This document shows, piece by piece, positions 10,001 through 17,158 of a stretch of 20,000 nt of DNA; position 1 is the first letter of the stretch, and every line of letters starts with the position of its first letter. The notes below the pieces were generated by a model. The model did not search any database. It was not told the DNA's origin and saw only the letters and a program-made list of their open reading frames with translations. The translations under genes were made by a program, and so were the position numbers. The stretch is from an uncultured virus (IMG/VR IMGVR_UViG_3300030294_000026) (Duplodnaviria > Heunggongvirae > Uroviricota > Caudoviricetes): positions 53,663 to 73,662 of IMG/VR virus record IMGVR_UViG_3300030294_000026. One strand, written 5' to 3'.

Positions 10001-10225
10001 GGTATAGGAGATAGTATAGTTAGTAAATTAAATAGTTATTCTTCTTCAACTGGTGTTTCAACAAGTACTAGTAACTCCACAACTAATAATAGCAATAAGT
10101 CAACAACAAGTAGTACAAGCATTGTAATAAACGGAGTAACTGTGAATGCAGATAATGCAGAAGATTTCCTAAGTAGTTTATTAACAAAAGCAAAGCAAAC
10201 AAGTGTATTAAAATCAATAAATTAA
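4034..10225 (+). CDS. phage tail tape measure protein (TP901-family core)
   Basis: 2063 aa, largely coiled-coil; core motifs IDTQMRDLAKVS, YSKLGYS, NAVGNNYS, VGNAIKTITMRL, NPFGLLAIGI; C-terminal SIVINGVTVNA. Confidence 0.95.
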   Translation: MAGQYKNSISLGIKLQPTSEVQIELKTAIEQLNKNSSIDLKIDTTQINQSLKDFSSTLMNVGDQLKSHFNMHGVSDEIDMLQKKITKVKGSSLDIGDGSKGFDELQQRAKVIRETVDELAKISFNTTKSGSVKDASITYTDNMGKLVTETMKWKNVSGDAENEVKRVFTTTNIAVSENIKTLENYKQKLEETKSKMQSSLNTLSSNSKNSNNLNGFIDESVIKSIQSRLNSINTNTADSEIKELQNTIKNLGSSESQIVRVQNAILKLENGLTNLRGKYSGLVGDSSSKAELSNYISQIENLKKVLSSLNNGDSLNGAKISQEIGKGTNASRELSTAVKNSSNALKLATTDSESFGQSIRRTLSNAGIYMGTYQAINMITSALKDGIKNIIDIDTQMRDLAKVSSATTEQLSKFSQVANKIAINVGTSTESVISATTYYSKLGYSIEEASKRAEKASIFANVADMGIDDASKALITIQKGFDLNSLEDMNRVMDVANAVGNNYSSTSQNVAEGLRRMGNAMKEAGNSYEQSVGLFVAGNASVQDAEVVGNAIKTITMRLRGMKTEIDETGIPATKLRQAIKDVTATTGQEIDIMKDDNTFKSTYQQMTELSQVYPKLTDAQRSYLQYVIAGQRQGNIFSGMMTNMKEGTDAYTTALNSNGSAMREQQIFMNSIEGKLNKLKETFKQFWVSTISSDSVKNMVDGLTSVVSIFGNLPSIVGLATTAFLIFKGQAIIGAISGLMQYATTLTSVISRVGLMKIAIGELSIAMSTNPFGLLAIGITTAVIALDLFGTSTEQAKQKNEELLKSIQQSKTDISSLEQLKTQYENLNKELDNGSLSTEQAKQKKQELSGVYQKLIQLAPELEGLLNSESEDYKNQSKAIQNIIDLKKQEMALKSEKYFDDNSISDKTIQQKIEQMKRYRQMMESNAKYATMSDEELKNNNALGWSSGDTVRDQNKHSELQNKQKLMDINQELQTIMTNYNTLNGMGLKSPISNEMINSIKEASSSMDVYGKEIKTTSSNANSNTKLVSEAMNQIRQGSSVSSETISKISQSYPNLGINASNAKQKIQELNKAISDTPSVDDQTNKEQENANAIANATKEYGKSTEAIAKMQGYLDKINKTHSLTPTLVTQISKAYPELASQVGNVTQLEESLKQKIQEQADSQLANYEIMMGSDQEFYSQKIKNNQSFEDSLNAFLNSFVTNSEDAYNIDTNNYKTLNELKQGIQGDFGESINQWLSQYVDTSVKGYSIDLSNFKSLADAKQGILKILKGEMDKLNQAMATMTKNIADQAKAIDNAKSSDVNSLNSEKLYGKDIQALESLADKQKQVQGGINDFNASFDKFGIAEKGLSGGSIGNGGTGTPAKDTSKADAKKAEKELEDSEKKMIDNITDAYNKAKDIISNDIEEIDAKITGLGDIDDSNFTQKVSLVNDKIGEQKKIVDEADKQLQALKNTTVTTADAQESLENATLKASKELRQESLEVAKLQSEIEKTDIDELKKMYEDQKSIETETLEANQKAQTDKIESIKQAQEDAHNQIMNDYEDELTALDNKSKKLDEDNDKIERANELEKEKNDLLEKQKELSNLESQKTVKTLKQDSSGAWSYVGEVDTTAIATKQKEVTEAQKTLDDTNRKNALDDAKKEIEDKKTVIEAEKTAEDDLYKKKKEYLDKYSDDLKESQDRDTKRLENNYSDIEKMAKDTLKKLEEEHNNDWNAISDSISLTLTRTKKALEDLTTLRANFTTSEANDAINSGDVSGYVTKNKDKMNLKANVDESDIDAHLSAISDNADEATTSITILNKTYDELLSKKSISNITEADINDKKVQVQKTVDIDNEGLTNTLNNLKTINATIEAEIDSHYAKLLDKQNISQQSEMDSLKVFAEEYTTYYNKFLELVQTVNDFRFNNIVVNVQSSVDNVLQGLEVIAKAYEKYAKAYNIMHPKDKISSSVDISDVQSANNTYKQSVTGYQANVLASYSTESFEKYASQIGSGIGDSIVSKLNSYSSSTGVSTSTSNSTTNNSNKSTTSSTSIVINGVTVNADNAEDFLSSLLTKAKQTSVLKSIN

Positions 10226-10230
10226 ATAAT

Positions 10231-10260
10231 AGAGATACTAGATAATATTTTAGTATCTCT
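10231..10260 (+). terminator. hairpin after the tape measure gene (terminator or processing site)
   Basis: AGAGATACTAGA / TTTAGTATCTCT stem; weak U-tract. Confidence 0.5.
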
Positions 10261-10282
10261 TACTCTATAAGGAGGAATTATA

Positions 10283-10558
10283 ATGTCCCTACATAAAGAT
10301 TTAATAGAAACAATAGATATTAGAATTCAAAAATATTTAAATGAATTTACTTATACAACTGAAAAAATTGGAGTAATAACTTCCTTAATAGATGGAAATG
10401 AAAAACACAAAGTAAAAATTGATGGAGTAGAATATGATATTCCCAAAAAGAATAATGATAATACAGTTTACCAAATAGGAGATAATGTTATTATACGTTT
10501 TTTCAATGGGAATTTTAGTAGAAAATATATAGAATGTAAAAAACCAAATTGGAAATAG
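10283..10558 (+). CDS. small tail/baseplate protein, 91 aa, OB-fold-like
   Basis: AAGGAGG RBS; GVITSL..KVKIDG..YQIGDNVIIRF pattern resembles spike N-terminal OB folds; located after the tape measure gene. Confidence 0.55.
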   Translation: MSLHKDLIETIDIRIQKYLNEFTYTTEKIGVITSLIDGNEKHKVKIDGVEYDIPKKNNDNTVYQIGDNVIIRFFNGNFSRKYIECKKPNWK

Positions 10559-10595
10559 AATAAATTATTACATAAATGAAAGGAGGATTACTAAA

Positions 10596-11744
10596 ATGTC
10601 AACTAATGCTCAAGAAATATGTGCAAGGTCTAGGAACAAAAAAACGTTAGTTAAAGTACAACTTTTAGATAGTAATTATAATGTAGTAGATGAATTACAG
10701 GGAAAAGCTACTAGTGGAAGTATAACTATAAAAAATAGTGTAGATAGTAATTATAGTAGGCGTAGTGGCAGTTTAGACATGGTACTTACAAAAGATTTAA
10801 GTACGCAGTATTATAAAATTGATTTAATACATAAGGTGAGAGTAATAATTACTGTTACTGACATTATCACATCTATATCTGCTGATTACAACATGGGTAT
10901 TTTTGTTTTAAGTAATCCTCAAATATTAAAATCAACTACAGATCAAAAGATAACAATTAGTTTAGTAGATTTAATGTCACAATATGATGGTACTTTTGGA
11001 GGAAGTCTTGACGAAAGTATGACTACAAAAGTAACAAGTGGGACTAATATATCAACAGCAATACAAACAACTGCTATTAATATCATGGGCATATCAGTAG
11101 ATAAAATGAAAATAGAAGCGACAAGTTTGGTTACAATTGAGGAAATATCTTCATCTCCTGAGTCTAATGTTACTGACCATTTAAAATCAATTATGGACGA
11201 TGCTTTAAATTATGATTTATATTTCAATGAGGACGGTATATTAGTTTTTGAATATATAAATGATAGGACAACTGATGCTATATTTCAAGAGTTTATTGAA
11301 TCAGACGTAGTAGTTTCATATGAAGTAGATGAAGATTTTACAAATGCTCGTAACGTGGTCAATATTATTGGTGAAACAATAGAAAATTCAACAATACAAC
11401 AAAAAGGACAATATAAAGAGACTAATCTGAATAATCCTTTAAATATTTATAGTAAATATGGAGAAAAGCCAATAACAATAACTAATGATAAATTGCAAAC
11501 TACTGAACAATGTAATAATCAAGCAAAATATGAATGTCAAAAGAGAACAAACTATAAAGAAAAATTATCAATGGAAATATTACAAGATTTTAGATTACAA
11601 CCAAATAAGAAAATAAAAGTAAAATATACTTCAGATAATTTGATTATAGATAATGATTATCTTGTAGATGAGATTTCTATAGACCTAAAAGTAGGTGGGT
11701 TAATGACCTTAACTAATCACAAGATATATTATCCAAGCACATAA
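10596..11744 (+). CDS. baseplate hub / tail-tip protein (DUF5048-like)
   Basis: 382 aa; RRSGSL, MGIF, LVDLMSQYDG, YFNEDGILVF, RNVVNIIG and YLVDEISIDL motifs typical of gp27/gpD-like hub proteins. Confidence 0.7.
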   Translation: MSTNAQEICARSRNKKTLVKVQLLDSNYNVVDELQGKATSGSITIKNSVDSNYSRRSGSLDMVLTKDLSTQYYKIDLIHKVRVIITVTDIITSISADYNMGIFVLSNPQILKSTTDQKITISLVDLMSQYDGTFGGSLDESMTTKVTSGTNISTAIQTTAINIMGISVDKMKIEATSLVTIEEISSSPESNVTDHLKSIMDDALNYDLYFNEDGILVFEYINDRTTDAIFQEFIESDVVVSYEVDEDFTNARNVVNIIGETIENSTIQQKGQYKETNLNNPLNIYSKYGEKPITITNDKLQTTEQCNNQAKYECQKRTNYKEKLSMEILQDFRLQPNKKIKVKYTSDNLIIDNDYLVDEISIDLKVGGLMTLTNHKIYYPST

Positions 11745-11803
11745 ATCGTAGATTTTAACATGATTTAAATAAATTAAAAAAATAGAAAGGAGTTGAAAAA
11801 TGA

Positions 11804-14491
11804 TTGATTAATAAGATAAAATTAGGGACACTTTTTATGAATGGTGTGCAAGTTAAATTTAATCAAAGTACACCTACACAATTTATTAATGGTGCAACAT
11901 TAGAATTAAAAACTAGTAGTTCAGATTTAAATTATCAAATAGAATGGGTTAGTTTCACAGATGGAAGTAAAAATATATTGATTTCTGATAGAAATGTGCT
12001 ATCTAACATTTCATATAATGACTTATCAATTCAAGGTTTAATAAGTGGAAATACTATTGTAACATTGCAGAATATAAAATATAAAGTTCTTTTAATGGCT
12101 TCTGATGAATATGATAAGTATTTGTTAAATTCTATAAACCTAAATACATTATTAACTCCTACAACTTTAGATGAAACAAATGGTGGTTATTCGGATAGTA
12201 CAATATCATCTAGTGATTCTAATAATTTATGGAATTGGTGGAAAACTCCTTGTTTAACTCAAACATTGACAAGCAGTAATAATATAATACGCGGTGGAAA
12301 TACAATTAATGCTTCAAGTACAATAAATGTAAATACAAAATCTAACTGGCGTTTAATGTTATCTCAATATAATACACCACCTACTATATCAGACTCAGAT
12401 ACTACATTAGGTAGTTATACATCTAATATAGTAAAGGCTTATACAATTACTGATCCTGATGATGATTTGTTTAAAATTGTAGAAATGATTGATTCGAATA
12501 CAAATATTAGAACATTAGAAAATCAATCTTCAAAAAATGAATTTACTTTTACACTATCAACTGAACAATGGAAGAGTTTAAGTGCAGGCGTTCATACAAT
12601 AAATATAGTGGTTACAGATAGTTATGGAAATATTGCTACAAGAAATTGGTTATTCAACAAAGTTGTAGATTCAACTGTGGGTACATCATCAGCTTTAACA
12701 AGACCTGTAATAGTGACACCTAGTAATTCACTATCTTTATCCCCTTTTGATGCTACATTTGATGAAATTATCTCTTTTACAGTAACAGGTGGAGATATGG
12801 TTTATGCTAATGAAATAAATATTATAGATAATTCAAATTCATCTATAATTGTTTATAATAAAAAAGTTGAGTCCTTTGATTTTGAAAACATTATACCAAA
12901 GAATACATTAATTAATGGAAAGACATACCAAATTAAAATACGTACTTATAATACAAGTGGACAATATAGTGCATGGAGTGATACTGTTTTGGTAAAAGCA
13001 CTAACCACACCACAATTATTAGTAACAACTATTGTAGATGATATGATACAAACGCCTAATCCTGTAATGCAAGCTACGTATTATCAAGCAGATAATGATA
13101 GTGTATATAGTTATGTATTCAATCTATTAAAAGATGGGGTACAAGTAGATTCTAGTAATGTTTTATTAGACAAAGCTTTGCAATACCAATTTTCTAACTT
13201 AGATAATAAGGCAAATTACGTGATAGAATTAAAAATTCAAACTGCAAGTGGAATGATAGCGACAATACAGAAAAGCTTTTACTGTATATATTTACAATCT
13301 AAATTACCCGCAGTAATGACTTTAATCAATGATAATGCTACAGGTAGTGTTAAAATAACTACTTATGTCAGACAGATACTTGGAAGAGTATATAGTGGTG
13401 ATAATGTGACTTATATAGATGGTGAGTGGGCAAATCTACATAATTCTACTGTAATTTGGGACTCCGATGGTGCATTTAGGTTAGATGGTGATTGGACTGC
13501 TAAAATATGGGCAAGAGACTTAGAAGATAATGATGTTATGCTTGTGAAATTTACTTTAGATGATGGAAATTATATTCAATTGACTAGATGGGGAAATATG
13601 TTCTCATTAACAAAGATAGTTAATGGAATCAAATTATATGAATTACATAAAACTATAGAAGGTGACATATTATCAACTGACGAATTATATTTCTTTATTC
13701 AAAATGATGTAGATTTAGGTTTAATGAACTTTGATGTAAAGCGAATAACTGACGGAAGAAGCACATGGTTCACTAAAAGTCATACAGAAGATGTAATACC
13801 TAGTTATGCTAATATAGATGGATTTTTAAGCCAATTAGATAGTAAATTTGTTAGTTTATTAAAAGATAAAATTATAGATGGTGAAATAATGAAAGTTCGT
13901 ATACCTTCTATGAATGATTTCTCATCTACACCTTCAATAGGAACATCTGCCAAAATAGGTCAATTAATAATAGGACAAGCTATACTTGGCGATTCATCAA
14001 CTAATGAATTTAATGCAATGTTATCAAATGGCAATTATTTTACAAGAGATATTTCAATAGATGATAGCAATAAGTTAATAGCTATTAATAATATTGGAAA
14101 GAAATATAATGCCTTTCCAAATGACAAAACAATAGGAATAAGAATCATGGTAGACATTCCAAGTACAACAAAAGTATCAACCATAAAAGACCGTACCGAT
14201 GATTGTTATTTTATTACGACAAAAATTTTCAATTTATTTGATATACAACAAATATCTAATTTAAAAGTTGGGGATGGAATAAAAAGTAATAGTATCAGAT
14301 ATAAAGAAAATGTCATCAAATTTACAATAAATAATATAGATTCAATTAATAATACTATTACTTTAATTAGTGATGTGATTGATATGGGAAAAGAATTTGA
14401 TGCAAGTGAATCTGTATATATAAATGGTAATCCAAATTGGAATACATCAAATTTACAACAATGGCTAAATAGTAATGTAAAAATAGGCTAG
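11804..14491 (+). CDS. large tail-tip protein: N-terminal C-type-lectin-like domain, Ig/FN3 domains, C-terminal permuted DUF6273-like domain
   Basis: LISDRNVL..ISYNDL..WNW..WRLML; YTITDPDDD..LSAGVHTINIVVTDSYG (Ig); YQIKIRTYNTSGQYSAWSD (FN3); FDASE..GNPNWNTSNLQQWLNS; TTG start. Confidence 0.75.
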   Translation: MINKIKLGTLFMNGVQVKFNQSTPTQFINGATLELKTSSSDLNYQIEWVSFTDGSKNILISDRNVLSNISYNDLSIQGLISGNTIVTLQNIKYKVLLMASDEYDKYLLNSINLNTLLTPTTLDETNGGYSDSTISSSDSNNLWNWWKTPCLTQTLTSSNNIIRGGNTINASSTINVNTKSNWRLMLSQYNTPPTISDSDTTLGSYTSNIVKAYTITDPDDDLFKIVEMIDSNTNIRTLENQSSKNEFTFTLSTEQWKSLSAGVHTINIVVTDSYGNIATRNWLFNKVVDSTVGTSSALTRPVIVTPSNSLSLSPFDATFDEIISFTVTGGDMVYANEINIIDNSNSSIIVYNKKVESFDFENIIPKNTLINGKTYQIKIRTYNTSGQYSAWSDTVLVKALTTPQLLVTTIVDDMIQTPNPVMQATYYQADNDSVYSYVFNLLKDGVQVDSSNVLLDKALQYQFSNLDNKANYVIELKIQTASGMIATIQKSFYCIYLQSKLPAVMTLINDNATGSVKITTYVRQILGRVYSGDNVTYIDGEWANLHNSTVIWDSDGAFRLDGDWTAKIWARDLEDNDVMLVKFTLDDGNYIQLTRWGNMFSLTKIVNGIKLYELHKTIEGDILSTDELYFFIQNDVDLGLMNFDVKRITDGRSTWFTKSHTEDVIPSYANIDGFLSQLDSKFVSLLKDKIIDGEIMKVRIPSMNDFSSTPSIGTSAKIGQLIIGQAILGDSSTNEFNAMLSNGNYFTRDISIDDSNKLIAINNIGKKYNAFPNDKTIGIRIMVDIPSTTKVSTIKDRTDDCYFITTKIFNLFDIQQISNLKVGDGIKSNSIRYKENVIKFTINNIDSINNTITLISDVIDMGKEFDASESVYINGNPNWNTSNLQQWLNSNVKIG

Positions 14492-14516
14492 AGATTAATT
14501 TCTTTGGTCTATTTTT
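14481..14516 (+). terminator. terminator-like hairpin overlapping the stop codon
   Basis: AAATAGGCTAGAGA / TCTTTGGTCTATTT with G-U pairs on the + strand, ending in a T run. Confidence 0.55.
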
Positions 14517-14547
14517 GTATTAAAAAAAATAAGGAGGGAATTAGTAT

Positions 14548-16194
14548 ATGGCAATAACTATGACGGATAATGAAGCAATAAAGTGGTCTAGTTTTACTAC
14601 AGATGATAATTTAACAATGGACGATTTTATTGTATTTCAAGATATAGATAAAGCACATTCAGATATGATAGATAGATATTATGTATTAAAAAATAAGACA
14701 TACACAACTGATGCAGAAAAAGCAGAAATGACAACTTTATTAACTAACTTACAAGAATATATGCCTACAAGCGAGACTTGGAATAAATTATGTGCATGTA
14801 TAAGGACTATGCAAATGTATATGAGAGATGGAGTAGTAGTTTTCTACGAACAAAAACAACAAGAGTTTGAAAATTTACTTAAACAGTATAAAGATCGTGG
14901 TGATTGGAATTCAACTACAACATTTGTTTTAGGTAATCTAGTAAAACATAATGGATATGGGTTTATGAGTATATATGATGGAAATAATTTAAATCATGAA
15001 CCAAATGAAAATATATCTAGTGATACATATTGGACAAGATTTACCATCAAGGGAGATAAAGGAGATCCTAGTTTAAATATAAATTATAAAGGTGAATATT
15101 CATCAACTACTACTTATGCAATAGGAGACGCTTGTAGTTACAATCAAATAATGTATTATGCCAAACAAAACGGAACAATAGGAATATTACCAACAGATAA
15201 TACAAAATGGACATATATTGATAAATTTGTTGTTAGTGCAACTCAACCAACAGATACTCATATGATATGGTGGGATACTACTATTAATAAATTAAAAAGA
15301 TATAATGGTACTGATTGGGTAGTTCCAACAAATAATGCTAGTGATATATCAATAACTGACAGTGCTAACTATTTTACAAGTGGAAATGTTGAAGGTGCTT
15401 TATCAGAAGTAATGAATAAAGTAAATAATATTGATTTGACTGCTAGTAAAGTTGCAGTTGTTGATACTGCTAATTTATATAGTGGAAGTACTGCTGAAAC
15501 ATGTTTAGCTGAGGTGATGACTAAAGCAAATTCAGCTTCTAGCAAGGCTGATACTGCACAATCTCAAGCAAATATAGCAACAAGTAAAGCTGACACAGCA
15601 CAAGCAAGGGCAGATTCGGCTTTTACGTATGCCAATAACGGGAAAACTAGTGTTGCTGGTGTTGTTGGTAATTTATCAAGCAGTAACACATTTGCTGAAA
15701 TCACAAATGAAATTCAATATGATAAGAATATTTTAGCTGGTAATTTAGGGAATAAAGGTATTAGTGCTAGTAGTGGAGATACATTGAGAAATTTAGCTGG
15801 ATTAGTAAATAATATAACTGTACAAAGTATGGGTGGAACTAATTATGCAAGTGGTGCAATTACATTAGAGTGTTCTGATACTTCAAATATTAACTGGGTT
15901 AATAATAATTTAACAATTACTCTTCCTAATCTATCATTTACTCCAAAAGTATATTATGTAATCGCATACCCAAATAATAACACTACTCAATTTTATACTT
16001 ATACTGCAATTAATATGACTGAAAGACCGGGATGGCGTGTTTTCCGTGGAAGTCATTATAATACAGCTACAATAACGTCAGCTTCGATTACCTTGCCAAC
16101 CATTATAGTTGGAACAGATACTAGTGGTGCAGTACAGTCTGCGTGGACTTACAACGGTACTAGTAAGACGGTGTGCTGGTATGCATACGCTTAA
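14548..16194 (+). CDS. tail fibre / receptor-binding protein
   Basis: Two CBM5/12-like repeats (WNSTTTFVLGNLVKHNG; YSSTTTYAIGDACSYN) flanking KGDKGD; two 35-aa repeats; AFTYANNGK..LGNKGI fibre motif; beta-rich tip ending WYAYA. Confidence 0.8.
   Translation: MAITMTDNEAIKWSSFTTDDNLTMDDFIVFQDIDKAHSDMIDRYYVLKNKTYTTDAEKAEMTTLLTNLQEYMPTSETWNKLCACIRTMQMYMRDGVVVFYEQKQQEFENLLKQYKDRGDWNSTTTFVLGNLVKHNGYGFMSIYDGNNLNHEPNENISSDTYWTRFTIKGDKGDPSLNINYKGEYSSTTTYAIGDACSYNQIMYYAKQNGTIGILPTDNTKWTYIDKFVVSATQPTDTHMIWWDTTINKLKRYNGTDWVVPTNNASDISITDSANYFTSGNVEGALSEVMNKVNNIDLTASKVAVVDTANLYSGSTAETCLAEVMTKANSASSKADTAQSQANIATSKADTAQARADSAFTYANNGKTSVAGVVGNLSSSNTFAEITNEIQYDKNILAGNLGNKGISASSGDTLRNLAGLVNNITVQSMGGTNYASGAITLECSDTSNINWVNNNLTITLPNLSFTPKVYYVIAYPNNNTTQFYTYTAINMTERPGWRVFRGSHYNTATITSASITLPTIIVGTDTSGAVQSAWTYNGTSKTVCWYAYA
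15337..15525 (+). repeat. two 35-aa-period repeats in the tail fibre shaft
   Basis: ASDISITDSANYFTSGNVEGALSEVMNK and ASKVAVVDTANLYSGSTAETCLAEVMTK, 105 nt apart; followed by a duplicated SKADTAQ. Confidence 0.75.
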
Positions 16195-16223
16195 TAAATT
16201 AAAATAAGTGAGGTGATAATATA

Positions 16224-17141
16224 ATGTTTATTACAAGAAAAGGATTCGGAAATGGAGAACCTTTCATTGGTAATTGTCACACTTCTAAAAAAGTATCTTC
16301 ACTAATGGTATCCAATAGTATATCTGATGAACTCAAAATAGATGAAACTTTGGATAGTACAAATTCAATAGCTAAAGAAGATTGGGGAATTGATACTGCA
16401 TTTGATTGGAAAGCATTAAATACACTTGAAGCAGGAAATGTTAGTGGTTCAGGTTCAAAAATACAAAAGATAAGATTTAAACGTAGAAAAGTTGGAGAAT
16501 TGAAATGGGAAACTATGATAGATATAAACTATGACTTAAATATAGAAAATTATGATTTATTAGATTATCTCATTGAAAATAGTACATTGTATGAATACGC
16601 ATTAGTTCCTATATTGCAAGGTTTTGAAGGTGTGGGAGTTACAAAAACAATAACAACAGAATATTTCTCAATGTTTTTAACTGGAAGAGATACAATTGGT
16701 GAGCTGAAGAATTACCCGTTAAGATTTGATTTAAAAACAAGCGAAATAAAATTAAATGAAGACAAAGTTTATCAAAAGACATTATCTTCAAAATTTCCTG
16801 CATTATTGTGTGGTGAAAGTAAATATTTAACAGGAAATATAAATGTAAAAATAATTTCACCTACAACTGAGAATGATAATGGAAAGGTAGATATAAAAGC
16901 TGAAAAAGTATATAGGGAGGCATTTGAGTCATTTATACATAGTGGAAAACCGATTTTAATACGGAATCACAGTTTATACATATTAGGCACTATTGGAGAG
17001 CCAAGTAAAAATCCTTCATTTGACGAGGAAACAGGATTTTCTATATATGACTATTCACTTTCTTTCACCGAGTGTGGTGATGCTAAAGATATGAACACAT
17101 TACAAAACAACGGATTAACTTATGATATTAACTTAAATTAA
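16224..17141 (+). CDS. tail-tip/baseplate structural protein (FN3-like plus possible distal-tail-like domain)
   Basis: GAGGTG RBS; LEAGNV, KRRKVG..W, YEYALVP..EG, SKFP..G...Y..G and SFTECGD motifs; tail module context. Confidence 0.6.
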   Translation: MFITRKGFGNGEPFIGNCHTSKKVSSLMVSNSISDELKIDETLDSTNSIAKEDWGIDTAFDWKALNTLEAGNVSGSGSKIQKIRFKRRKVGELKWETMIDINYDLNIENYDLLDYLIENSTLYEYALVPILQGFEGVGVTKTITTEYFSMFLTGRDTIGELKNYPLRFDLKTSEIKLNEDKVYQKTLSSKFPALLCGESKYLTGNINVKIISPTTENDNGKVDIKAEKVYREAFESFIHSGKPILIRNHSLYILGTIGEPSKNPSFDEETGFSIYDYSLSFTECGDAKDMNTLQNNGLTYDINLN

Positions 17142-17158
17142 ATAAATTATAAACGAAG

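Noticed and set aside
15600..15660. Local GC bump at AFTYANNGK as an invertase/shufflon crossover site
   Set aside because: Only one copy and no recombinase or alternative fibre-tip cassettes in the window; cannot be supported here
16639..16860. 73-aa minus-strand ORF
   Set aside because: Lies wholly within 16224..17141 on the opposite strand; no supporting features
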